A DNA stretch of 63,870 bases, the filler included, from Octopus bimaculoides (lineage: Eukaryota), in NCBI RefSeq assembly GCF_001194135.2. It is 8 parts of 8 records of this genome, joined end to end, with 100 filler letters (N's around TTAATTAATTAA, not from the genome) between each part and the next. Parts side by side here need not be neighbours in the genome. Positions count along the whole stretch, not along the records: positions 16,825 to 26,729 come from NC_068988.1; positions 26,830 to 30,509 come from NC_068985.1; positions 30,610 to 32,591 come from NW_026350351.1; positions 32,692 to 41,135 come from NC_068999.1; 4 more parts are not named here. One strand, given 5' to 3'. Made by a program: the position numbers and the translations under genes. Of the stretch, positions 25,598-37,798 are shown piece after piece. The notes beneath the pieces are model-generated. The model did not search any database. It saw nothing but the letters and a program-made list of their open reading frames with translations, and had not been told where the DNA came from. Each line of letters starts with the position of its first letter. The stretch's first letter is position 1.

Positions 25598-25985
25598 AAT
25601 AATAATGTTTGTTTGTCGTTGTCAGGACATCATATAATAGAAGATAGGTCACAGTCTGTCCGGCTGTGGCCGATTAGGTCAATACGTGTTAGGAAGATTT
25701 TACCACAAGTCGGGTACTGGTGGTGTACTGGGAATGAAAGCAAGGAGTTGACTCTGGACTTGCGCAGGTCACGTTTTGTTTGTGCTCCTAAGACCTTATT
25801 CTGGTCGTAGGAGGTGACACTGCTGTTGATGCAGCTACGCCAGGAAGGACGATCCTGTACCTGCATTTCCCAGATGTCAGGATTGATCCGAAAGCACTTT
25901 AGTGAGGTTTTGATTGTATCTTTGAAGCGCTTTTTCTACCCACCTTGTGTGCGCTTGCCTTCTGCTAATTCCCTGTAAAACAGAA
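25598..25985 (-). mobile_element. RTE-clade LINE 3' fragment
   Basis: ELAEGKRTQGG*KKRFKDTIKTSLK...WEMQVQDRPSWR...YPTCGKIFLTRIDLIGHSRT, typical of the RTE ORF end. Confidence 0.85.
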
Positions 25986-26167
25986 GTTATCCTATACTGT
26001 ACTACAAATAAAAATGAGATACTTATTATAATTAAGGATAGAGTAAGAATGATTCAAACTGGATCCCCTTTGAACAGTACATAGAAAATTACCACTAGGA
26101 ATGAAATTATCTGCATCAGTAACTCATCAGCATTAAATCTATTTAATAACACGTGCAAGAAACAAGC

Positions 26168-26351
26168 CCAGAGCCAACTCCTTGCCTTCATTCTTAGTAC
26201 ACCACCAGTGCCCGACCTGTGGTAAAATCTTCCGAACACGTATTGACCTAACCGGCCACAGCCGGACAGATTGTGACTTATCTTCTTCTATTATATGATG
26301 TCCTGACAACGACAAACGAACATTGTTATTGGAACAATTCAAGATGTCCAA
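26168..26351 (+). mobile_element. Second RTE 3' end, inverted relative to 25577-25757
   Basis: cagtgcccgacctgtggtaaaatcttccgaacacgtattgacctaaccggccacagccggacag (CPTCGKIFRTRIDLTGHSRT). Confidence 0.85.
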
Positions 26352-26829
26352 GCGCACACAAGGTAGGTAGAAAACAACGGATAAAATTAATATAATCTAT
26401 ACTATATATAAAACAGAGATGTGTGTGTAATTGCTTATCACGTGAAAACGGCTTCACTATTTACTTCCATACTTGTGATGCAGGAATAATTTGACCTCGG
26501 ATAAATCTAACGCTCTTCATTTGATTTTTTTTATTAAGATAAATAATATTGCTTTATATTTAAGATTCACTTCTTTAAAAATGTTCCTCAATGTCAACTT
26601 CCGGTAGCCATAGTCTTTTCTTCACTTTAACTTCAATCGTTACTGTTCGCACTAAAAGTTTACTCACATTTACTGATGTAAGTAATTTCATCATTTACTA
26701 ACAAAAGTACGGTTTTGTGTTGCTGTTTCNNNNNNNNNNNNNNNNNNNNNNNNNNNNNNNNNNNNNNNNNNNNTTAATTAATTAANNNNNNNNNNNNNNN
26801 NNNNNNNNNNNNNNNNNNNNNNNNNNNNN

Positions 26830-26869
<40 letters not shown>

Positions 26870-27312
26870 TGTGTGTATGTATGTGTGTGTATATCTAATA
26901 CAAAGAGCAAAAGAGAGTAAAATAGAGATAGAGTTAACATAAGTTGTGTACGATCAGCGCACATGGTGGCCTTGGTTGCAGACAATGTATAAAAGAACGC
27001 TATGTACACTGTATGAGTGAAAGAATCATAGACTGATGAGATAGAAGTTGAGGATAAGATGGAATAAATGACAGAGCAGTTGTGGGAGGAGTTATACAAA
27101 TGAGAAATTAGTTTCATTTGATTATAATTTCAGGTAATTCTTATTTTCTTTTGAAAATTAGGTTTTAGCTTATGTTGTATAAAGACCATGGAATTTGATA
27201 ACAGTTAAAATGTTAATTATTGTATATATGCGACATTTCTTAGTATTACCCATATTTGCAAAAATATACTTCCAAAATAACCCGTTATATGAAGGTTTCA
27301 GACTCCAGTACA

Positions 27313-27394
<82 letters not shown>

Positions 27395-27533
27395 TATATA
27401 TTTATACACACATATACACACACATATACATACATGCGTACTTGCATACATACATTCATAGATACGTACATAATTCATGCGTACATACATACATACATAC
27501 ATACATACATGCATACATACATACATACATACA

Positions 27534-28449
27534 TAAAACTACCTCCAACATTGAAGGGTATCGTTGGCAATCCAGCAACAAGAAAATACAACCAAATACC
27601 TGATGCACAAAAGGGACGGAGATGCAGGTAGAGTAGTAAAATATAACAAATGATGCATACTTTGTGGAGCTAACACCGAAGATATCACCAACGTCAAAAA
27701 CAGTTGTCCAAAAATGTCATTACGGCATTGTGTCGATAAGACATGATGTAGTAGCTAGGACATCGTATAACGATATCCGTCGAAAGGATAACCCTGAAAA
27801 CAAAGAAATAAGAACCCACAGTAGGGTGAAAGATATCGCTACTCATAATGCAAAGGAGTACTGGTGGAATATCCAAGTGCAAACTTCAATAAAATGTAAA
27901 CACAACAGACCTGATATAATGATTTGGGATAGAGAAGAGAAACTGTGTACAGTTGTGGAAATCAGCTGCTCTGCGGATGTTAACATAAAGTTGAAGTTCA
28001 GTCAAAAAGAGAATACCTACGCTGAACTAGTGAGAAATCTGCAGTTACTCTATCCAGATTACAAGTTTAGGTTTATACCTGTATTTTTTGGGACACTGGA
28101 ATATGTAACACACTGCCTAAATACAAATCTTGAGAAATTAGGCTTCTTAAAACCAGAAAGGAGAAATCTGATTCGAAGACTATAGATCCAATCCATCACA
28201 GGGACTGTAAAAATCTGTAAAACTTTCCAAAAGTTTATAATTTAAGTATATGTGAGCATGTCTAGATATTCAAGTATATGCATGAGAAGACATACAGAAA
28301 ACAAAACACAAATTTGCACATATGCATACATACAAATAAAAATAGCCTGTGGATGATGTTGAAATTCCAATGAAGGAGTCTTGGATCTAGGTTAGAAACC
28401 AGTTCTTCCTCTATTGGCGAGAAATCTTGAAATAAAACTGAATAATGAC
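27534..28449 (+). mobile_element. R4/Dong-clade LINE, 5'-truncated, flanked both sides by (TACA)n
   Basis: Degenerate CCHC knuckle CILCGANTEDITNVKNSC, then restriction-like endonuclease HNRPDIMIWDREEKLCTVVEISC (PD-D/E motif) in ORF 27664-28185. Confidence 0.9.
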
Positions 28450-28502
28450 ATACATACGTACGTACATACATGCATATATGCATACATACATACATACATA
28501 CA

Positions 28503-28535
<33 letters not shown>

Positions 28536-28798
28536 GTATAGAGGTAATCATACGGATAAACAAATTAAATATAACAGTTCGGTTTGATATAAAAAATATA
28601 CATACATATGTGTGTGTGTATGTGTGCTTGTGTGTGCATGCGTACGTTTGTGTATGTGTGTGTGTGTGTTTGTGTGTGTGCGTGTTTGTATGTGAACAAA
28701 CAGAAAAAGGTAAAGATTGAAGAATTTAAAAACGATGAATATTTAAGTATAAATATATTAATCGATCAAACTCACGATAGAAAATTGAAGGAGGTGGG

Positions 28799-29118
28799 GA
28801 GTAAAGTGTTATAAGTCCAACTGCTGTTCTGGGGCGGGGGCTCGAAACGTCCAACATAATATAGATGTAGTTCACCAATATAAGCAGCCAGTAATGGAAG
28901 CAAATAAACATTGGATACATCGACCCTCCGTCATCAGGGTTGAAAAAAATCTTACATTTCAGATCATGACGCAGAGAAGTTTGAAAAAAGGAGTCTCGAT
29001 TTATCCAATGTTTATTTGCTTCCATTACTGGTTGCATGCTTTGGTGAACTACATCTACCAACATTATAATGGATCTCTGAGCCCCCAGAAACAGGCGTTG
29101 GGCTTATAACATCTTACC
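28799..29118. mobile_element. Foldback MITE with ~125-bp imperfect inverted arms
   Basis: Core arms 28862-28923 and 28996-29057 (tagatgtagttcaccaa...gcaaataaacattggata.atcga), extended outward by gttataagtccaac / gttgggcttataac. Confidence 0.8.
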
Positions 29119-29300
29119 TCTTCCTCTTTAATTTTTCTGTTGTTTGTACTCTGTAAGTTTGATCTATTAATATAAATTAATCTATGGTTGGTTCAGCAAA
29201 ATGCAAATGTGTATAGAAAAAATTAATATAAACAGCCAGGCGCAATATAATAGCACAATGAAAACATTTTATCGTCACCATTGTGGCGATGAAATATTTC

Positions 29301-29340
<40 letters not shown>

Positions 29341-30478
29341 TCCTCCTGAAATAGTTTTCAAAATGACCTTAGAATTTCTAGATGTACTACTAGGTCTATG
29401 AAATGGAGTAAAACCATAGACTAACATAGCAAAACATAAAGGATCTGAGGAAATGACAATCAAAATAAATATGTCGTAGATTTTTTCTTTACTTTTTTTT
29501 ACTTTTTGTTTTTGTTTTGATTTTTTTCTTGCGCTGAATATTAACCTCATGCTATGCCAATGTTTCGAGATCGTGTTGATGTAAAATGAAAATTACAGCA
29601 TAATCAAAAGAGAGGAAATTTAATGTATACTTTGACGCCAGAATATCTACATTAAGTCTGTTGTATCTCGCTAATGGTGACATAGAAGTTAAACATTGCT
29701 AATATTTCAATGTTGTCGTTAATCCGACTGTGATGTAATCACAGTTCATCATTAAATATTTCATACTAAATACTATACGACTCATTAATTTATCCGATAG
29801 GAAGATTAGGTCATTAACTTTGTGAAAGCTTGCAATTCATATATTCCTGTTATTCAGTATTTGTTAATCAAGCGTGCATATATTTATGTACGTACACGTA
29901 GATAATGTATATTTATATATGTATGATAACAAGCGTATAAACAGAATAACGCATGTAAGTGTATACAAATGAGCACATTTGTATACTAATGTAGGAGTGT
30001 ATGTTTAAGTACACACACATCTCTTTGTCTTGGGAAGCTAGCTAAGGGAATGTAGTAAAGAGAGTGTTGATGTCTAAACTAATAAGTTCAATCTCTATCA
30101 TTACTACTACTGCATTGTATTAACAAGAAAGTCACTGAAGTGTTCCATCATTTCAGGCTACATACAAACTTTGTCAAGTCTCATTGGTATATCATCGATA
30201 ACATTGTTTTGATTTAGAAAATATATTTATCGGCTTAACAATGTTAGAGATTAGGGCCACATATTGACTAAAGCAACGATACCTAGCTTGTGCTGCCTCA
30301 GTGCACAAGTTAGATGAATATATATATATATATCAGATGATCAAGATAGATATAGTGGGTCTATGGGGTTACTGAATTTCACATCCATAAAGCGCTTAGC
30401 TTTACAACGTCCCTTCAGACCTTAATGGCCGGTGGCCTATAATCTCTCTTCAAAGTGGAGTAAAACAGAAACTATATA

Positions 30479-30509
<31 letters not shown>

Positions 30510-30609
30510 NNNNNNNNNNNNNNNNNNNNNNNNNNNNNNNNNNNNNNNNNNNNTTAATTAATTAANNNNNNNNNNNNNNNNNNNNNNNNNNNNNNNNNNN
30601 NNNNNNNNN

Positions 30610-30918
30610 AAACCATACCAAAGCAGACCTCACTGGTGCTGGTGCCACATAAAAAGCACCCAGTACACTCTGTAAAGTGGTTGGCATTAGGAAGGGCATC
30701 CAGCCATAGAAACCATACCAAAGCAGACCTCACTGGTGCTGGTGCCACATAAAAAGCACCCAGTACACTCTGTAAAGTGGTTGGTGTTAGGAAGGGCTTC
30801 TAACTGTAGAAATTATGCCACAACAAACAGTCCCGGCTAGTCGGCTCCATGTCAAACTGTTCAACCCATGGCAGAATGGAAAGCAGACGTTGAACGATGA
30901 CGACGACGATGATGATGA
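30610..30918 (+). mobile_element. Family D 3' end with internal 100-bp tandem duplication
   Basis: aaaccataccaaagcagacctcactggtgctgg...ggaagggc repeated at 30610 and 30710; (GAT)n tail. Confidence 0.8.
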
Positions 30919-33882
30919 AAGGTGGCTCTTGTACTTTACCTGCTGAGCCACTGGCTGTTGGTGTGCTGGTGTGTGTGTTTATGTGTAAGGTCAGGTGACA
31001 AGCCAGAAGTGCCCTCATGTTTATTCATGGGTTTGGGCTTAAAAGACAGGGAATTGGAAACAAATGAAAACCAATACAACAAAAACAAAAACACCGTCCA
31101 TTCACTTCATGCTTGATCGAACATGGTTTTATGAAGCAGGAGAGAAAGAGAGAGATGGTGGGGGTGGGGGTGGATCACCATCTCTGTCACCCCCACTCCA
31201 CCAACCCCCTTGCTGTGTAATGCATGTTATCTTTTCCTTCTCACTTTCTTCTTCTCTTCTCCACCTTTTNNNNNNNNNNNNNNNNNNNNNNNNNNNNNNN
31301 NNNNNNNNNNNNNNNNNNNNNNNNNNNNNNNNNNNNNNNNNNNNNNNNNNNNNNNNNNNNNNNNNNNNNNNNNNNNNNNNNNNNNNNNNNNNNNNNNNNN
31401 NNNNNNNNNNNNNNNNNNNNNNNNNNNNNNNNNNNNNNNNNNNNNNNNNNNNNNNNNNNNNNNNNNNNNNNNNNNNNNNNNNNNNNNNNNNNNNNNNNNN
31501 NNNNNNNNNNNNNNNNNNNNNNNNNNNNNNNNNNNNNNNNNNNNNNNNNNNNNNNNNNNNNNNNNNNNNNNNNNNNNNNNNNNNNNNNNNNNNNNNNNNN
31601 NNNNNNNNNNNNNNNNNNNNNNNNNNNNNNNNNNNNNNNNNNNNNNNNNNNNNNNNNNNNNNNNNNNNNNNNNNNNNNNNNNNNNNNNNNNNNNNNNNNN
31701 NNNNNNNNNNNNNNNNNNNNNNNNNNNNNNNNNNNNNNNNNNNNNNNNNNNNNNNNNNNNNNNNNNNNNNNNNNNNNNNNNNNNNNNNTATTGTCATCAG
31801 TCACCACTGCCTCCACCACCACCGTCGTCGTCATCATCATTCACTGCCACCGCCACTATCACCCCCCCCCCCGGCCGCAACCACCACTACCACCACCATT
31901 GTCAGCAAAACCACTAATGCCACTAAGTTACCATTTGAATAAATTATTCCGCTTTTGCAGACATTTAATGGGAATTTCTTTTCTGGTTTTTTACTTTTAA
32001 TTTTTTTTTTTGGTTTTCTAATATCTTTTTATTTTTATTATTATTATTATTATTCAGTTTTTTGTTTGTTTTTATCGATGCAAGTTCTCTTCGTTCTCTT
32101 CACCTCTGTCAGTCTCCTCTTGCGACGACCCTCTGTTGCGCTTCTCCCCCTCCTGGGGTCGGTCTTTTCCCGACGGAGTAATCAGATATTGAAACACCGC
32201 TTGTTGTTGTTGTTGTTGTTGATGTGTTTTTGATTTTCTTTCTTCCTCCTTCGCCTTCCTCCACCTTCTCCCCATCGTCATCAGCAGGTGCATCATCATC
32301 ATCATTATCAAAATCATCGTCGTCCTTATCATCATCATCACCATCATCAACATTGTCATATCCATTCAGTTGGCAGAAATGTTATAGCAATTTCCTGTTA
32401 TTCATTCCTGGCCCTTAGGTCCAGAGTTCAAACCCTACCTTTGGTCAACTTTATCTTTCATCCTCTTCGAGGTCAATGAAATAAAGTACCAGTCAAATAG
32501 CAGGGTGGTGGTGGTGTCAAAATAATCACCCCATCCACTCCCCCAACATTGCCAGCCTACTGTTTAAGCCTTACATATATATATGTATGTANNNNNNNNN
32601 NNNNNNNNNNNNNNNNNNNNNNNNNNNNNNNNNNNTTAATTAATTAANNNNNNNNNNNNNNNNNNNNNNNNNNNNNNNNNNNNNNNNNNNNATATATATA
32701 TATATATATATATATATATCTTGGCACGTGCATTTATACATACATGTACACATGCTTGTTGCTAACATTTCGGTGTTGTAGAATATTTTACGAGAACGTA
32801 CAATTGTTAAATAATATATGTATATTAAATCCATCAAAGACACTATTTATAATACTTTACACACACACACACACACACGCGAGCACATACATATACATAT
32901 ACACGTAACTACGTATGTTTAATATATGTCCGTGTACATGCATAGGTATGTGTATACATCTATGTATAAGATGTGTACGTGTGTGACCACACGCATTCTC
33001 ATATTTGTTAGAGTACAATGCTTGTCAATGTTGCTTGTAAGAAGTGCCGTTAGCTATCAGCTTAAAAATGAATAATATGAAAATACTAATAAAAAGAGGT
33101 TATTGAGTACAAAAGAACTCTCAATGAAATTATGTGTACCAGTTAAGATGCAGGTAAATAATCCGTGACTTCTCTCTTTTATGTTTATATTTTTCTTTGG
33201 AGAGTGCATCATAAGGGAGAGAAAAACATGGAGATATCGAAGAATATGGAATAAAGGATGAATGAATGAATGTAAAAATGGTATCATTGAATGAAAGAAA
33301 TAAAATTTTCTAAAGATGCAACGTGCTGAAAAATTTTGTATACATAGAATGGATTTCTCTCTGAGCTTATATATATGTGAGTATTTTCTCTGTGTTTATG
33401 TCTTAATGTAAACAATGTTTATATGTCAGCCGAAGGACAATAGTATGATATGTAAATGTAAGGAGGATTGGTGAAAAGATATCGTCCAAGGGAGACGGGG
33501 GTTTTGGCGTTAGGATGAATATAAATCAAAACACATCCTGAGACCGGTGTTTACTTCCGGTTTTTCTTGCATGAGAGAAGTATATCATGCATACGTTTTT
33601 TCCGGACCTAGAGAGCTTGCCGATTTGCCATACTCAATAATACCTTTTTGTCTCCTGCTGTCTAATTATTCACACACTATGAGCTGGTATTAAGTAGCTA
33701 TTTTATATATTTCTTCGTTGATAAATGGATTCGTATAGAAAAGAGCTTTATTTTTTGACACACCCAGTTCTAATTTTATGTCCACATGAGATGTATTTAT
33801 CTTCTTATACACCTATTCTACAAGCCAAGTATTTAGGTCTCAAAGATCGCTCTTTTATATCAAATAGTTTCGTGCCCTTATA

Positions 33883-34079
33883 CTCTTTACTCTCTCTTTT
33901 ACTTGTTTCAGTCATTTGACTGCGTCCATGCTGGGGCATCGCCTTTAGTCGATCAAATCAACCCCAAGACTTATTCTCTGTAAGCCTAGTACTTATTCTA
34001 TCGGTCTCTTTTTGCCGAACCGCTAAGTTACGGGGACATAAACACACCAGCATCGGTTGTCAAGCGATGTTGGGGGGGG
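33883..34079 (-). mobile_element. SINE family B, 3' half
   Basis: Reverse complement of the 12285-12495 sequence. Confidence 0.85.
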
Positions 34080-34505
34080 GATACTTGTACACTAATAGTT
34101 GTAAGTGCTTCCACTGATAAAAATGTATCTGTAAAGGAATATGACATATTAGGTAAATATAAGGAGATGTAAAATCTTAAAACGAAAATTGTTCCTGTTA
34201 TTGTGGGGCCCCTTGGTATGATAAGAAAGGGATGTCAGAAATATCTAGATAATATCCCAGGAGAACCATATCACAGAGAAGTCCCAGGAGAACCATATCT
34301 CAGAAAAACATGCGCACATCCTTAGAAACACCCTATCAATTTAAATACCTGCGTTGTATTACATGAGGCTATTTCGCTACTGCCCCTGCCACTTGCCATC
34401 TCGAAGCTTTCTGTCATGCTGTAACACCTCTTATCCTTCACTCTTCCTAGGATGCTGGATGTAAGTCGGCGAGTGATTGTAACAAACATACAAATTAAAA
34501 GTAAA
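34080..34505 (+). mobile_element. Dong-like R4 LINE 3' end followed by (TAA)n
   Basis: DKNVSVKEYDILGKYKEM*NLKTKIVPVIVGPLGMIRKGCQKYLDNIPGEP...AHILRNTLSI*. 3'UTR ends directly in (TAA)n 34505-34690; distinct from the TACA-associated family. Confidence 0.82.
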
Positions 34506-34524
34506 TAATAATAATAATAATAAT

Positions 34525-34577
<53 letters not shown>

Positions 34578-34593
34578 CAACAACAACAACAAC

Positions 34594-34667
<74 letters not shown>

Positions 34668-34690
34668 TAATAATAATAATAAAAATAATA
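34505..34690. repeat. (TAA)n/(CAA)n microsatellite
   Basis: Direct inspection. Confidence 0.97.
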
Positions 34691-37600
34691 AATAAATAAA
34701 TGTTACAAATTTCGGTACGTGGAAGGATGTTTGACAATTACATGGAACCTTGAACTTCACTGGCAATTTATTTTATCAAACACGAAAGGAGACATGTTAA
34801 GGTGATCACGGAGATATCTGAACACAACGTAAAAATGCGGAAGAATTGACATTTAGCCTAACTCTGCGACAACTACCGTCATCATCAACCACACCACCAG
34901 AAATGTTACCAATGTCTGTTTCAAATTTTTGCACAAAGCTGAGGTCGGCATTGCCTTTCATCAGTATAAATGCCAATTAAGAACTCAGGTCAAAGCAATC
35001 GACTTACCATCATCCCAAATATTCCTAGGCTTCTGCCGAAATTTGAAACCAATATTAAAAATTGCTTTTAAAACATCGTTGGCAGTAACTGCATAGACAC
35101 ACGTTTTTCTAATAGAAACAAGACTAGCTATTATGACAACTACTGCGAAATCGCTGGTCTTGGAAAAAATAGTCACATCATTTCCCTCAGATTTCATACC
35201 TCGGTCCTAAATAAAGAAAGAATTCAATGGATAAGTTAAATATATATATCAATAAATAGATTTTACGGACTTAAGTGGGATGCTTCAAATCTTATGTCTA
35301 TCCCGCTACACAATCACACACAGATTCACACACCGATAGAAAGATAGATAAATAGATAGATAAATAGATAGATAGAAAGATAGATAGATAGATAGATAGA
35401 TAGCTAAAGAGAGTGATATATACAAAGAGTTGAGATATATATTGAATGTTCGACATATATTCATATATATGCGTGTATGATCTTTGTATCTTTGTCTCTG
35501 TCTTTGTCAGTTTCTCTATTATCAGGTGTTTAATCATTCTTTATTGTTTATTGTTGAGAGTATATGCAGACACACTCACACATTCACCACACAAACAAAC
35601 ACACGCATCTACTATTTGCACACATACAATCTTGTGTATAGGCACAAACAAAATGGATATTTTTTTCCCCTCTTTTCACGTCTTTCTAAGAAAATTCTCG
35701 TCCAATCAAGTCCTTCCGCGACCACAATGGACCACAATACTGCACAATAGAACAGCTAGCAGATTTACCAATCTTTACCATTTGCTTAACAAATACAAAA
35801 TAAAGGCATTTGCCTTCAGATAGTCGACAAGGACAGAATACATATTCTACTCACTTCAGTATATTTCATTTATGTCTGTTTTGAAGCAAGCTATGAGTGA
35901 CTCTATACAGAGGGATGTACAATATGCTAGACATAGAAACCATATTTTCCGAAATACGAAGGACATATAGGATAATGGCGTCCTAGATTGCAACATGACT
36001 AACACATAAATAAATAAATAAAAAAAAAACAAAAACGAAAAAGTCAGGAATTTCACAGTTGGAGTACATTTGGACTTGTATATAGAGGTTCAAGGCTGAC
36101 CGTGGGCAAAAAAAAAAAAGAAAGAAAAAAGAAGAGTTTGATCATCATCCACGACAACATCGTTCTTATATCTGTCACGAAACACGGATAACTAAAATGC
36201 GAGGATACAAGTTTTGACAAGTCACCGGTTTAAAACGGATACGCGACCGGTGTAAGATGTTAAGAAGACACCGTGTGATATGCATGGTGCAGAGCTGAAC
36301 TACATGTTGCTTATACATTCATTCCTTGCCTCTTTATCTTCCCTAACATCTCCGCCTCTCTCTCCTTCACAATCTGTCTCTTTCTATCATTTTTTTTCAT
36401 TCGCTGACACACATACTCTTTTTTTCTAACCCCCACCTCACTTTCTCTCTTTCTTTCTGTCTTTCACTGACGTCACTATTTTCTCATTTCTTACTACATG
36501 TCCATCGTCCTATTCTTTCTGCCGCTTTCTGCATTCACTTTGCTACAACTGGTTTGTTCGATTTCGTTCGTAAACAACATTTTCATGCTGTCGAGAAGAA
36601 ATGACGTGTGCTCTGTGTCATCGTGGGGCTTCGATTCTTTCATCAGAATTACGTTGCTACAAAAAAAAAAAGAAAAATGAAAAAAAAAACAAATGAGAGA
36701 ACAAACAAACCTACTCATGAAATGTGTATAGAAATCTCATAGGATCTGAACGATGCTGCTACACATACGCATAAATTGAGTCGCACTCCCAAACACAAGC
36801 ATACGTACACATACACATACACACAAGAAGACATGGTATATATATNNNNNNNNNNNNNNNNNNNNNNNNNNNNNNNNNNNNNNNNNNNNNNNNNNNNNNN
36901 NNNNNNNNNNNNNNNNNNNNNNNNNNNNNNNNNNNNNNNNNNNNNNNNNNNNNNNNNNNNNNNNNNNNNNNNNNNNNNNNNNNNNNNNNNNNNNNNNNNN
37001 NNNNNNNNNNNNNNNNNNNNNNNNNNNNNNNNNNNNNNNNNNNNNNNNNNNNNNNNNNNNNNNNNNNNNNNNNNNNNNNNNNNNNNNNNNNNNNNNNNNN
37101 NNNNNNNNNNNNNNNNNNNNNNNNNNNNNNNNNNNNNNNNNNNNNNNNNNNNNNNNNNNNNNNNNNNNNNNNNNNNNNNNNNNNNNNNNNNNNNNNNNNN
37201 NNNNNNNNNNNNNNNNNNNNNNNNNNNNNNNNNNNNNNNNNNNNNNNNNNNNNNNNNNNNNNNNNNNNNNNNNNNNNNNNNNNNNNNNNNNNNNNNNNNN
37301 NNNNNNNNNNNNNNNNNNNNNNNNNNNNNNNNNNNNNNNNNNNNNNNNNNNNNNNNNNNNNNNNNNNNNNNNNNNNNNNNNNNNNNNNNNNNNNNNNNNN
37401 NNNNNNNNNNNNNNNNNNNNNNNNNNNNNNNNNNNNNNNNNNNNNNNNNNNNNNNNNNNNNNNNNNNNNNNNNNNNNNNNNNNNNNNNNNNNNNNNNNNN
37501 NNNNNNNNNNNNNNNNNNNNNNNNNNNNNNNNNNNNNNNNNNNNNNNNNNNNNNNNNNNNNNNNNNNNNNNNNNNNNNNNNNNNNNNNNNNNNNNNNNNN

Positions 37601-37761
37601 NNNNNNNNNNNNNNNNNNNNNNNNNNNNNNNNNNNNNNNNNNNNNNNNNNNNNNNNNNNNNNNNNNNNNNNNNNNNNNNNNNNNNNNNNNNNNNNNNNNN
37701 NNNNNNNNNNNNNNNNNNNNNNNNNNNNNNNNNNNNNNNNNNNNNNNNNNNNNNNNNNNNN

Positions 37762-37798
<37 letters not shown>

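Noticed and set aside
36494-36718. Small ORFs on both strands (MSIVLFFLPL..., MKESKPHDD...)
   Set aside because: No recognisable domain or convincing splice pair; may be UTR or intergenic.
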